64,000 nt of DNA, taken from assembly GCA_964639895.1 (NCBI GenBank), contig CAZXEJ010000003.1, forward strand, positions 5,361 to 69,360. Reading direction: 5' to 3'. Position numbers and translations under genes: made by a program. Below the pieces are notes generated by a model. The model had not been told where the DNA came from, made no database searches, and saw only the letters and a program-made list of their open reading frames with translations. Positions 37,980-47,390 of this stretch are shown here, piece after piece. This DNA comes from an uncultured Spirochaetia bacterium. GTDB taxonomy: Bacteria; Desulfobacterota_D; UBA1144; Nemesobacterales; JADFKM01. Numbering within the stretch: the first letter of the stretch is position 1; each line of letters begins with the position of its first letter.

Positions 37980-38477
37980 ATGCCTGTTCGAAAGATCGTT
38001 CTCTATCCCCACCCCATGCTCAGGGCCAAGTGCACGCCGGTAGAAGTGCTCGACGGTAAGATGCGCTCGCTCATAGGGGACATGGTCGATACGATGTACC
38101 ACCACCCGGGTTGCGTGGGGTTGGCGGCCCCACAGATAGGGGTGCCGCGCAGGGTGTTCGTGATCGACGTCTCGCGCAAGCAGGGTGCCAAGGGGAACCA
38201 CGGCCTGGTGGTGCTGGTCAACCCGACCATAGTGCGGGCCGAGGGCTCCAAGATCGGCAGGGAAGGGTGCCTCAGCATCCCCGAGTTCCTGGGCGACGTA
38301 ATGCGGGCAAGACGCGTGGTCGTCGAGGGGTGGGACGCCGAGGGCAGGGAGGTGAGCGTGGCCGCCAAGGGGCTCGAGGCGGTGGCCGTGCAACATGAAA
38401 TGGATCACCTGAATGGTATACTGTTTATCGACAAGCTCTCTTCGCTGGGAAGGGGACTCATCAGGAGAAAGCGTTGA
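37980..38477 (+). CDS. def: Peptide deformylase
   Basis: Motifs GVGLAAPQIG, EGCLSIP, HEMDHLNG (Def motifs 1-3); ATG 37980 chosen over upstream TTG. Confidence 0.9.
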   Translation: MPVRKIVLYPHPMLRAKCTPVEVLDGKMRSLIGDMVDTMYHHPGCVGLAAPQIGVPRRVFVIDVSRKQGAKGNHGLVVLVNPTIVRAEGSKIGREGCLSIPEFLGDVMRARRVVVEGWDAEGREVSVAAKGLEAVAVQHEMDHLNGILFIDKLSSLGRGLIRRKR

Positions 38478-38565
38478 CGTCGTAGCAGGGGACGGTTTCG
38501 CCCGGCGGGTGGCATGCCCACCGTGTCGGCGGGACCGCCATTGAGGCTGTCGGGAGGATGGGTGA

Positions 38566-39399
38566 ATGGGAAGAATGAGGCTTTTCCTTGGGGTAGTGGG
38601 GTCCGTCTTGGCCGTATCGTTCCTTGCGTTCAATGTGGGTTGTTCATCACACGGCAAGGTGGTGACAGGACAGAGCGCCGAGCAGCTCTACGCCTCGGCC
38701 ATGAAGGAGCTCAACAAGAAGGGGGGGTTCCCCTACGTCTTCCGGGGACCCGACTACGACAAGGCATTAAATCGGCTGAAGGAGATCCAGGTCCGCCACT
38801 CGTTCAGCCCCTATGCCCCCCTGGCCGAGCTCAGGATTGCCGACCTGTACTTCAAGAAGGGGGAGTACGACCAAGCGGCCGTCGAGTACGAACAGTTCAT
38901 CAAGCGGCACCCCGGACACATGGAGACCCCTTACGCCATGTACCGGCTGGCGCTCTCCTACTACAAGCAAAAGCGCTCCATCGACAGGGACCCTACGACG
39001 TTGCGTGAGGCCGAGAAGTGGTTCCGTCGATATATCTCCCGCTATCCCTCGTCCCAATACGTGCCCCAGGCTCGCAAGCTCTTGGCCAAGACACGCTCGC
39101 TGCTGGCCAAGCGCGAAATATACATAGGCGACTACTACAACAAGAGGCACAACTACCATGCATGCGCCGCCCGCTACCGGAAGGTGGTAGACGAGTTCTA
39201 CGACACGCCCGTGCTCGAAGACGCGCTCTTCAAGCTGGGCGAGTCCTACTACAGGATGGGCCAGTACGAGAGCGCCCGACGGGCGCTCGTAGAGATGCTC
39301 GACCTCTATCCTGACGGCGATCGCCGCAAGGATGCAAAGAAGTTGCTCTCAAGGATAGACGAGCGCCTCCGTCACGCCGCCCGCGAAGAGGAACAATGA
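38566..39399 (+). CDS. bamD: Outer-membrane protein assembly factor BamD (TPR lipoprotein)
   Basis: Lipobox ..AFNVGC.., TPR repeats (..AELRIADLYFKKGEYDQAAVEYEQFIKRHP.., ..YRLALSYYKQ..), typical BamD length. Confidence 0.85.
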   Translation: MGRMRLFLGVVGSVLAVSFLAFNVGCSSHGKVVTGQSAEQLYASAMKELNKKGGFPYVFRGPDYDKALNRLKEIQVRHSFSPYAPLAELRIADLYFKKGEYDQAAVEYEQFIKRHPGHMETPYAMYRLALSYYKQKRSIDRDPTTLREAEKWFRRYISRYPSSQYVPQARKLLAKTRSLLAKREIYIGDYYNKRHNYHACAARYRKVVDEFYDTPVLEDALFKLGESYYRMGQYESARRALVEMLDLYPDGDRRKDAKKLLSRIDERLRHAAREEEQ

Positions 39400-39857
39400 A
39401 ACCTTCTCTTGCCCTGGCCACCCTATTGCTGCTCTTCGTCTTCGTCTCGTGTGGAGACTCGGCAGAGCGGGCGGTCGTCGGCGTGCTGGACGCAAGGGAG
39501 AAAGCGTTCGAGACGCGGGACGTCTCGCTCTACCGCTCCCTCATCGACCCCGACTACAAGGTGCGCAGGAAGGGCAAGGTGGAAGGGGCCGAGGATGTGA
39601 TCAGGCGGTTCCAGGGGGTGATGGCCTTCTTCGACCACATAAGCGTCGACTACAGCGACCGCGTCGTCACGATTGAAGGACGGCGGGCGCGCGTCGTACA
39701 GCGGGCGCACGTTAGCGTCTCCATGTACGAGGAGGGGATAAAGAGCAGCTTCAAGGTTCGTGAGGTACTTGAACTGCGCAACGTGGACGGCCGATGGTAC
39801 ATATCGCGCGAGGCGCCCAGGGATCTGGCCGAGGGGTTCGTCTTCGGCGACATGTAG
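39396..39857 (+). CDS. Hypothetical lipoprotein (NTF2/SnoaL-like fold suggested)
   Basis: ATGA overlap with bamD stop; signal + lipobox MKPSLALATLLLLFVFVSCGD; 153 aa. Confidence 0.6.
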   Translation: MKPSLALATLLLLFVFVSCGDSAERAVVGVLDAREKAFETRDVSLYRSLIDPDYKVRRKGKVEGAEDVIRRFQGVMAFFDHISVDYSDRVVTIEGRRARVVQRAHVSVSMYEEGIKSSFKVREVLELRNVDGRWYISREAPRDLAEGFVFGDM

Positions 39858-40041
39858 GGGTAGGGGTGTGTTGCGAGATAGCGCGTGGGGGGGTGGAGCG
39901 GCGGCCTCTGCGTGCGGCCGGAGCCGCTCACCAGTGTACATCCCCTTTCTCGGGGCGATGGCGTGCTCGGCTCCTTTTCGGTGTCGGTGCTGCTCGTCGG
40001 GGGATGAGCCGTGCGGCTTAGGTGCTGCGGTGGGCGCGGGC

Positions 40042-40404
40042 TCAGGTGTTGAACTTCTTCTCCATCTCCTCTTGTTCTTCTTTACAGTTTATGCAGAGCG
40101 TCGCCTCCGGTCTCGCCTTCAACCTCTCGCGTGAGATGGGTTCGCCGCATTCCTCGCACTCGCCGTAGGTGCCCTCCTTGATCTTGTTGAGAGCAGTGAG
40201 GATCTTCTGGATCAGTTTACGCTCACGGTCGCGCTTGCGTAGTTCGATGCTCTTACTCGATTCCGAGAGGGCCCGGTCTACAGGGTCTGCGAAGCTGTCA
40301 GTGCTCCTGCTCAACTCCTCGATGGTCTTGCCCGCCGTGCCGAGCAGTGATTGGAGCTTTGAGTAGAGCAACTCCCTGTAGTATTCGACTTCGTTCGGCT
40401 CCAT
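40042..40404 (-). CDS. dksA: DksA/TraR-family C4-type zinc-finger transcription factor
   Basis: Coiled-coil region then CEECGEPISRERLKARPEATLCINC (C4 zinc finger); start ATG 40404 (MEPNE...) preferred, GTG 40425 alternative. Confidence 0.8.
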   Translation of the reverse strand: MEPNEVEYYRELLYSKLQSLLGTAGKTIEELSRSTDSFADPVDRALSESSKSIELRKRDRERKLIQKILTALNKIKEGTYGECEECGEPISRERLKARPEATLCINCKEEQEEMEKKFNT

Positions 40405-40513
40405 AATTTGGACAGTATACCACACACCGCCCGCGCTGGTGAACGTCCCCCCCCGCCGCAGCCGCCGCTCTCTCGGGGCGTCTGAGTCCGTCTCTCCCTA
40501 GTGCGTCGGTGCC

Positions 40514-41395
40514 TCAGCGAACAATGAGGTAGATGCCGAGCAGAATAAGCCCCCCGCCCGCAGCCGTGCCGGCATCGAGCCGCGAGCCCAGCTGGAGGGA
40601 ATCGAACAGCAGGCCGCAGACGGGAACGAGCATCACAGAGAAGGCCAGCGTATGGGTGTTGAGGCGGTGGAGGAGGTGGAACCATATGGCGAAGTTGACC
40701 GTGGAGGCGATGATACCCGTAAAGAGAAGGGTGAATAATGAGACGGGCGTTACCTGGACGTGTAGGAGGCTTCCTTCAAGCAGCCACGTTATGAGGGCCA
40801 GCCCCGCCGTTCCGATGAGGAGCTGCAGTCCGTTTGCCGTGAGCGGGTCCTCTCCCTTCATACGCACCTTGCTCACCAGGTTGGCGAGCGCCCACGAGAG
40901 TGCCGCACACACGATCATCGTCTCGCCGAACAGCATCCTCGGGTTCTGGTGGATGAGCGTGTCCCACCCCATTATGGAGAGCAGTCCCACGGCCCCGCTC
41001 GCTATGCCGAGCCATTGAACCCCACGCAGCTTCTCACCCAGCAGGAAGTGGGTCAGCAGGCTTGTCCATATGGGCATCGTGTATAGGAGTACGGCCGTCT
41101 TGCCTGCCGTGACGAATCTCAGCCCGTAGAGGACGAACCCGAACAGGCCCGTCGTCTGCAGCAGCCCGAAGAGGATGTAGTCGGGCCACTTGCGTAGGGG
41201 AGGTGGGGCGAGGCGCCTGGCCACGAGCAGGGGTACCATGGCCACTCCCCCGATGAGGCAACGCCACGTGGCGAAGGTGAAGGAGCTCATGTAGCCGATG
41301 CCCACCTTCATCATCACCCAGGAGTAGCCCCAGGTGACTACGGTGAACACGAGCAATATCACGTCCCGGCCGGCCGGGTGGTTGCGGGTCTCCAT
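40514..41395 (-). CDS. EamA/DMT-superfamily transporter (10 TM)
   Basis: Two EamA repeats, hydrophobic throughout, 293 aa. Confidence 0.8.
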   Translation of the reverse strand: METRNHPAGRDVILLVFTVVTWGYSWVMMKVGIGYMSSFTFATWRCLIGGVAMVPLLVARRLAPPPLRKWPDYILFGLLQTTGLFGFVLYGLRFVTAGKTAVLLYTMPIWTSLLTHFLLGEKLRGVQWLGIASGAVGLLSIMGWDTLIHQNPRMLFGETMIVCAALSWALANLVSKVRMKGEDPLTANGLQLLIGTAGLALITWLLEGSLLHVQVTPVSLFTLLFTGIIASTVNFAIWFHLLHRLNTHTLAFSVMLVPVCGLLFDSLQLGSRLDAGTAAGGGLILLGIYLIVR

Positions 41396-41905
41396 GAGAG
41401 GGCGTTTCCGACGGGTTGGCTTGGTCTGTGAATGGTACTGGTGGAGAGGTCCGTGTCAAGGGGTGGGCGGTCCCGCTCCGTTCGGCCGACGACGGTCGAA
41501 TGGTGGATTGGTGGAGTCGGCGTGGGCGGTCGGTCGGGAGGCTGGGGCGTTCGAGGGGGACGAGCGGCCACGGGCGCCTGGCTCGCCCAAACAGCGGGAT
41601 GATCGTGTGGACGCGTCCCGGAGCGGCCGTCGGTGCTGAATGAGCACCTCCACGGGAGTGTCAGAGGATATGGGTGGGGGCGCGATCGTCCGTCGGTCCT
41701 GCGTGGTACGTCAGCTCGTGACGGGTCGTGGAGCCCTCCCTCGGGCGAATGCGGCTCGTGCCGTCGTCACCTTGCCGCCTGGGGCGATGGAGTCGGGATT
41801 AGAAGGACGGTATCCGCCGCGCTCCCGGTCCATCCTTATGGGGCGACGGTTCATCGGCACACTCTGCATGCCGCCGACGCCGCGGACGTGGTAGAGGGAG
41901 TGGAG

Positions 41906-42847
41906 CTACGTGTCGGAATAGATCTGGCGCAGTATGTCCCCGCCGCCGCGCTCGAGTACGCCCTCGGCGGCCCGCCGGGCCACGCCCACATGCTCTGCGG
42001 CCGGCCCTGAGGCCTCCTCCCTCGCAATCCTTGCGCCGTCGGTAGTTGCAACGAGTCCCCTCACGGCTATCGTATCGCCCCCGTCCTCGAGCGTAGCCAG
42101 GCATCCCACCGGCGCCTGGCACCCCCCTCCTACCCGTTTCAGGAAGGCCCGTTCGGCCTGGGCCACGACGAGAGTGGGCCGGTCGCATATGGCCGCCGCT
42201 ATGCGCGCCGCCGTCTCGTCGTCCTCTCTTCCCTCCAGCGCCACGATTCCCTGGCCCGGTGCCGGAAGCATGAGGTCGGGATCAAGCACCTCGGTCGCCG
42301 CACTCTCGAGGCCCATCCGTTCCAGGCCCGCATAGGCAAGCACGACGGCGTCGAGCCCTTCGGTCTCAAGCTTCCGCAGCCGTGTGTCGACGTTGCCCCG
42401 CACGGGTACGACCTCGATGTCCGGGCGTAGGTGGAGGAGCTGGGCCGTCCGGCGCGTACTGCTCGTACCCACGCGTGCGCTGGGTGGAAGCGAGGAAAGC
42501 GTGCGCCCGCCCCTTGCGCACAGGGCGTCGAGGGGGCTTTGTCGTGCCAGCACCCCTGTTAGTGCGAGTCCGGGGGGCAGCTCGACCGGCATGTCCTTGA
42601 GGCTGTGGACGGCTATGTCAATGCGGCCATCGAGCAGAGCCTCTTCGATCTCCTTTACGAACACGCCCTTGCCGCCTATCTGGGCGAACGGGGCGTTCTG
42701 TATCCTGTCGCCCGTGGTGCGTATCTTGACGATGGAGGGAGCAACGTCGGGGAACGCCGACGATATGAGGGCGGAGACGCGTTCGGCCTGCCAGAGGGCA
42801 AGGCGACTGCCGCGCGTGCCTATCCTAAAGCTGCGCTTCCTGGTCAT
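41906..42847 (-). CDS. hemC: Hydroxymethylbilane synthase (porphobilinogen deaminase)
   Basis: MTRKRSFRIGTRGSRLALWQAERV..., ..IVKIRTTGDRIQ.., cofactor-binding Cys region ..GGGCQAPVG.. Confidence 0.9.
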   Translation of the reverse strand: MTRKRSFRIGTRGSRLALWQAERVSALISSAFPDVAPSIVKIRTTGDRIQNAPFAQIGGKGVFVKEIEEALLDGRIDIAVHSLKDMPVELPPGLALTGVLARQSPLDALCARGGRTLSSLPPSARVGTSSTRRTAQLLHLRPDIEVVPVRGNVDTRLRKLETEGLDAVVLAYAGLERMGLESAATEVLDPDLMLPAPGQGIVALEGREDDETAARIAAAICDRPTLVVAQAERAFLKRVGGGCQAPVGCLATLEDGGDTIAVRGLVATTDGARIAREEASGPAAEHVGVARRAAEGVLERGGGDILRQIYSDT

Positions 42848-44135
42848 CGTCCTCGTCGAGCTCCAGCTTGCAGCCCAGGTCGAACAACTCCTTGAGGGTG
42901 TCGGAGTAGTGTGCTCCGAGCGACGTGGAGGCGGCGCGCTTCAGGTTGGTAAGGGGCGCGTGCAGTATCTTGCCCACTATGGCCGAAGCCATGTTGGCCA
43001 CGACCTGGCGCTGCCTTTCTTCGAGCCCTCCGAGGCGGCGCAGCGCCTTCTCCACCTCCCTTTCCTTTATCTCTTCGACCCTCCGCCTCAGCGATATGAT
43101 GACGGGCACCACCTTGAGCTCGTCCAGCCACTCCATGAACCGCCTTCCGCCGAGGCTTACGATCTCCTCGGCCCTCTCGGCACGACGACGGCGCTCCTTG
43201 ATGTTCTCTTCGGTCACCCCGCGCAGGTCGTCTATGTCGTAGAGGTAGATGTTTTCCATCTCCTCGACACGGGGGTCGATGTCGCGGGGGACGGCTATAT
43301 CGATCATGAACATGGGCTCGTTGCGTCTCAGCTTGAGCGCCTCCTGCAGGTGGTGCTTGCGTATGATGAAGTCGCTCGATCCGGTGGCGCTTATGACGAC
43401 ATCCACGTGGCGCAGGAAGTAGGGCACCTCCTCCATCTTGATGGGCCTGCCTCCGAGCTTGGCGGCCAGCGCGCGCGTGTTGCTCTCGGAGCGTCCGGCC
43501 ACGACGATCTCCTTTATTCCGCTCGATATGAGGTGGCGTGCCGCAAGTTCACCCATCTCGCCCGTACCGATGAGCAGAGTCGTGCGCTTGAAGAGGTCGT
43601 CGAATATGCGTTTTGCGAGCTCGACGGCGGCGTAGCTGACCGAGATGGCCTGGGCACCTATGTTGGTCTCGTGCCTTACGCGCTTGGCCACCGAGAACGA
43701 GTAGTGGAACAGCCGGTTCAGTATAAGACTGGTCGTCCCCGCGTCGTGGGCCGCCCGGTAGGCTTGTTTGACCTGGCCCAGGATCTGCGGCTCGCCGACG
43801 ACCATGGAGTCGAGGCTGCACGCCACCCGCAGCAGGTGTATCACGGCGTCCTCGCCGTGGAGTCTGTAGACGTAGGGGTCGATGTCGGCCCGGGGGGTGC
43901 CGTGGAATTCCGAGAGGAACGACACGACCGTCTCCGTGCAGGCCTCCGCGTCTTCGGTGACGGCGTAGACCTCGACGCGGTTGCAGGTGGAGAGGATCAC
44001 GCACTCGTCGACCTGCTCACGGCCGTGGAGAAGGCTTAAGGCGTGGGGCAGCTCCTTCTTGTCGAAGGAGAGCCTTTCCCTTACTTCGACGGGGGTGTTG
44101 GTGTGGCTCAGACCGACGAGGACTATATTCGTCAT
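42825..44135 (-). CDS. hemA: Glutamyl-tRNA reductase
   Basis: MTNIVLVGLSHTNTPVEVRERLSF, catalytic ..STCNRVEVY.., NADP site LLIGTGEMGELAA; start 44135 chosen over ORF-track 44189; overlaps hemC. Confidence 0.9.
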   Translation of the reverse strand: MTNIVLVGLSHTNTPVEVRERLSFDKKELPHALSLLHGREQVDECVILSTCNRVEVYAVTEDAEACTETVVSFLSEFHGTPRADIDPYVYRLHGEDAVIHLLRVACSLDSMVVGEPQILGQVKQAYRAAHDAGTTSLILNRLFHYSFSVAKRVRHETNIGAQAISVSYAAVELAKRIFDDLFKRTTLLIGTGEMGELAARHLISSGIKEIVVAGRSESNTRALAAKLGGRPIKMEEVPYFLRHVDVVISATGSSDFIIRKHHLQEALKLRRNEPMFMIDIAVPRDIDPRVEEMENIYLYDIDDLRGVTEENIKERRRRAERAEEIVSLGGRRFMEWLDELKVVPVIISLRRRVEEIKEREVEKALRRLGGLEERQRQVVANMASAIVGKILHAPLTNLKRAASTSLGAHYSDTLKELFDLGCKLELDEDDDQEAQL

Positions 44136-44212
44136 ATCGCTCACCCCGCCCTCCACGGCGGCGGAGGCCTCGGGACTAAATATTATCATCCCGCCGCGGT
44201 GTTGTTAATGCC

Positions 44213-44959
44213 CTACCTGCGCTTGCGCCTTATCTCCCATGCGCGCATGCCGTCGTTCCAGAACCTCTCCTCCCTCCACGGGTCCCCTCTCATGTGGTAG
44301 CCGCGGCTCTCCCAAAAGCCGGCCCTTTCCTCATCCATAAGTTCGATGCCGCAGACGTATTTGGCGCTCTTCCACGCGTAGAGCCGAGGCACGATCAGGC
44401 GCAGCGGCCATCCGTGCTCCGGGGCGAGCGGGCGGCCGTCGAGCATGTGGGCGAACAGGCAGTCTTCGGCGAGGAAGTCCTCGAGCCTGAGATTGGTGGA
44501 GTAGCCATCCAGGCAGTGCACCATCACGTACCGGGCCCCCTCCCTTGGACGTACGAGCCCGTAGACGGCCGACGTGGGTACGCCGCGCCAGTTGAGCGCC
44601 TGTTTAGACCAGCCGGTCACGCAGTGGAAGTCGGCCACCACCTCGACCTTGGGGAGCGATACGAACTCCTCCCACGTGAGCACCACGGGGCGTTCCACGT
44701 GGCCGGTGATGGTAAACCTGTATGCGTCGAGCCTTATGCGGGGTCTCGGTGCTATGTCGTAGACGGGGAACTTGCGTGTGAGGACCTGACCCGGAGGGAC
44801 GCGCGGTTGACGCTCGAGCGTGGGACTTGCTATCTTCTTCACCGCGGCTTCCTCGCTGCGGCCGGCCGGGGAGTGTACGACCGGCTCGTGCTCGTCGTCA
44901 CCCGGCCCCGAGGCGGCGCGCTCTTGGCGTGCGATGACCCTAGGTCGCTTCCTCTCCAT
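44213..44959 (-). CDS. Sulfite-oxidase-family molybdopterin oxidoreductase (soluble, 248 aa)
   Basis: ..VVADFHCVTGWSKQALNWRGVPTSAVY.. (Mo-ligand Cys region), ..GRPLAPEHGWPLRLIVPRLYAWKSAKYV.. typical SO/YedY-like Moco domain. Confidence 0.8.
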   Translation of the reverse strand: MERKRPRVIARQERAASGPGDDEHEPVVHSPAGRSEEAAVKKIASPTLERQPRVPPGQVLTRKFPVYDIAPRPRIRLDAYRFTITGHVERPVVLTWEEFVSLPKVEVVADFHCVTGWSKQALNWRGVPTSAVYGLVRPREGARYVMVHCLDGYSTNLRLEDFLAEDCLFAHMLDGRPLAPEHGWPLRLIVPRLYAWKSAKYVCGIELMDEERAGFWESRGYHMRGDPWREERFWNDGMRAWEIRRKRR

Positions 44960-45152
44960 ATTCTCCGTAGGTCCCCATCCCACTCCGTGGCGCCGAGGCG
45001 CACGACAAAAGCCGTCTAGTTCCACCCCGACTGCCTCCCCGCACCTCCCGCAGCGTTCAGCGCATCCGCCCTTGCTCCAGCCTCCGCTAGGCCTCCATGG
45101 TCTAGCCCGCGGGCACTCACGCGTCCCCCGCTCCACCGATCCCCCCCGCCGC

Positions 45153-45872
45153 CTATTCGGCCGAGCCGAGGCCTCCACGCTGCGGCATCACCATCAACTC
45201 CTCGGTCATCGCTTCGGCCGGCTGGCGCGCCACGAACAGCACCACTTCGGCGACCGTCGAGGGCTTCATCATCCACGACTTGTTCCAGTTTCCGTCCCCG
45301 ATGCCCTCCCAGATGTCGGTGGCGGTGGGACCGGGAAGCACCGAAGTCACCTTTATCCCCCGGCTGCGCAGCTCCTCGCGCAGCGAATTCGTAAACCCCA
45401 GCAGTCCCCACTTAGAAGCGCAGTAGGCCGTCCAGTTGGGAAAACCGAACTTCGATGCGTTAGAACCGATGTTGAAGATGTGGGAGCCGGCGCGCATGTA
45501 GGGGAGTGCGAACTTCGTCATGAGGAAGGGGCCCGTCAGGTTGACGCGCACCGTCTCGTTCCACTCTTCGACAGTGGTTTTCTCGAAAGGCTTCGATACG
45601 GCTATGCCGGCGTTGTTCACCAATACGTCGATGGTTCCCTTCAGTTTTGCCGCACGTTGGACGAACCCCTGCACGGCGGCGGGATCGCCTACGTCGCATG
45701 CCTCGAACAATCCCCGGCCCCCGCGCGATTCCACCTCTTCCCTCAGCGCAGCGACGCTGCGGTCGCTGCGCGTGCAACAGGCCACCACGGCACCCTCGTC
45801 GGCAAAGCGGATCGCAATCTCGCGTCCTATCCCCCTTCCGGCACCCGTTACGATTACCACCTTGTCCTTCAT
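45153..45872 (-). CDS. Short-chain dehydrogenase/reductase (SDR), sepiapterin-reductase-like by context
   Basis: MKDKVVIVTGAGRGIGREIA (TGxxxGxG), NNAG, catalytic YCASK; 4-nt overlap with folE stop. Confidence 0.8.
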   Translation of the reverse strand: MKDKVVIVTGAGRGIGREIAIRFADEGAVVACCTRSDRSVAALREEVESRGGRGLFEACDVGDPAAVQGFVQRAAKLKGTIDVLVNNAGIAVSKPFEKTTVEEWNETVRVNLTGPFLMTKFALPYMRAGSHIFNIGSNASKFGFPNWTAYCASKWGLLGFTNSLREELRSRGIKVTSVLPGPTATDIWEGIGDGNWNKSWMMKPSTVAEVVLFVARQPAEAMTEELMVMPQRGGLGSAE

Positions 45873-46528
45873 AACGGCTTCTCGATGAGACTCAGGAACT
45901 CGCTCCTCGTGCGCTCGTCGCTCTTGAACACTCCCACCATGGCGCTCGTCACCAGGTTGGCCTCGGCCTTCTTCACCCCGCGCATCGCCATGCAAAGGTG
46001 ATAGCCCTGCGTGACCACCGCCACGCCGGCCGGGTGGAGCTGCTCGTTGAGGAAATCGGCTATCTGCTGCGTCATCCTCTCCTGAACCTGAAGGCGGCGT
46101 GCGAACACCTCGACGATGCGAGGGATCTTGCTCAACCCGATTATCCTGCCGTTGGGCACATAGGCCACGTGGCACTTGCCGAAGAACGGCAGCAGATGGT
46201 GCTCGCACATGCTGTAGTACTCGATGTCTCTTACGACGACCATCTCGTCGTACTTCTCTTCGAAGATCGCACCGTTTATGACGTCTCGGGGCTTCGTCCG
46301 GTAGCCGGCCGTTATCTCCTCGTACATGTGGCGTATCCTCTCCGGCGTTCCCAGGAGCCCCTTACGGTCGGGGTCTTCGCCTATCTCGCGCAGTATCACC
46401 CGTACGGCCTCTTCTATCGGGTGGGATCCGCCTGCGGCCCCGTGCGGAATGGCCTCCACCACCCCAGCCTTCGCGGCGGCCGCGGCCTCCATGCTCTTCT
46501 CTCTCGCCTCATCAGATCGCGACATCAT
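45869..46528 (-). CDS. folE: GTP cyclohydrolase I
   Basis: ..DVINGAIFEEKYDEMVVVRDIEYYSMCEHHLLPFFGKCHVAYVPNGRIIGLSKIPRIVEVFARRLQVQERMT.. FolE signature; start MMSRSD (46528) preferred over 46588. Confidence 0.9.
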   Translation of the reverse strand: MMSRSDEAREKSMEAAAAAKAGVVEAIPHGAAGGSHPIEEAVRVILREIGEDPDRKGLLGTPERIRHMYEEITAGYRTKPRDVINGAIFEEKYDEMVVVRDIEYYSMCEHHLLPFFGKCHVAYVPNGRIIGLSKIPRIVEVFARRLQVQERMTQQIADFLNEQLHPAGVAVVTQGYHLCMAMRGVKKAEANLVTSAMVGVFKSDERTRSEFLSLIEKPL

Positions 46529-46968
46529 GCCTCCTCCGCTCGACGGCATTCGGTGTAGTATTCGAAGTAGTTGTTGGGCGTCTCCCACAGCGTGACGCGA
46601 CAGAGCGCCGCGTTCGACGAGGACGCCACACGTGGGGCCAGGCGCTCCCAGAGGTAACGGGCTATGATCTCGCCCGATGCCCTGTGCTCGGTGAAATAAG
46701 GCACCTCGACATCAAGCCTCTTGTGGTCGAGTTCTTCGAGCACTTCGCCCACGATGCGGTCGAGTGTGTTGATATCAATAATCATACCCGTCTCGTCGTC
46801 TATCCGCCCGCACACGGTGACCTCGACCGTGTAGTCGTGGCCGTGGCCGCGTGGGTTGGTGCACTTGCCGAAGACGCGCCAGTTCTCCTCTTCGGTGTAG
46901 TCGGGGTTGTAGAGCCTGTGTCCGGCCGAGAAGCGGTAGACGCGTGTGAGAGCGCAGTGTTCCTTCAT
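46525..46968 (-). CDS. 6-pyruvoyl-tetrahydropterin synthase / QueD family (copy 1)
   Basis: ..RVYRFSAGHRL.. and zinc motif FGKCTNPRGHGHDYTVEV, ..HKRLDVEVPYF..; 4-nt overlaps with both neighbours. Confidence 0.85.
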   Translation of the reverse strand: MKEHCALTRVYRFSAGHRLYNPDYTEEENWRVFGKCTNPRGHGHDYTVEVTVCGRIDDETGMIIDINTLDRIVGEVLEELDHKRLDVEVPYFTEHRASGEIIARYLWERLAPRVASSSNAALCRVTLWETPNNYFEYYTECRRAEEA

Positions 46969-47390
46969 CTCCCCTCCCGCCGGTACTCCACGTAGAGGTC
47001 GGGCGTTTCGTAGAGCCTCACCCGGTGGAGGGTGCAGCCTCCCCGCTGCTCGAGCTTCTTCTCGAGCAGCCCCCACAACACCCGAGCGATGTTCTCCGTC
47101 GTCGGTATGAGTTCCTTGAAATAGGGGTTGTCTTCGTTCAGGTACTTGTGGTCGAAGTCCTTGAGTACGTCGTTTATGATGGGAGCCAGGTCGTAGAGGT
47201 TGATTATCATTCCCGTCTCCGGGTCGGGCTCGCCGCGCAGGGTTACCTCGAGCGTATAGTTGTGCCCGTGCCCGTAGGGGCTCGTGCACTTGCCGAATAC
47301 CTGGAGGTTCTTCTCGGCCGACCATCGCGGGTTCCAGTACCTGTGTGACGCCGCGAAGGTGACCCTCTTTGTAAGTAGTGTGGTTCCCAC
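46965..47390 (-). CDS. 6-pyruvoyl-tetrahydropterin synthase / QueD family (copy 2, paralogue)
   Basis: ..VTFAASHRYW.., FGKCTSPYGHGHNYTLEV, ..HKYLNEDNPYF..; start GTG 47390 preceded by aggaga RBS (ATG 47438 alternative). Confidence 0.8.
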   Translation of the reverse strand: MGTTLLTKRVTFAASHRYWNPRWSAEKNLQVFGKCTSPYGHGHNYTLEVTLRGEPDPETGMIINLYDLAPIINDVLKDFDHKYLNEDNPYFKELIPTTENIARVLWGLLEKKLEQRGGCTLHRVRLYETPDLYVEYRREGR

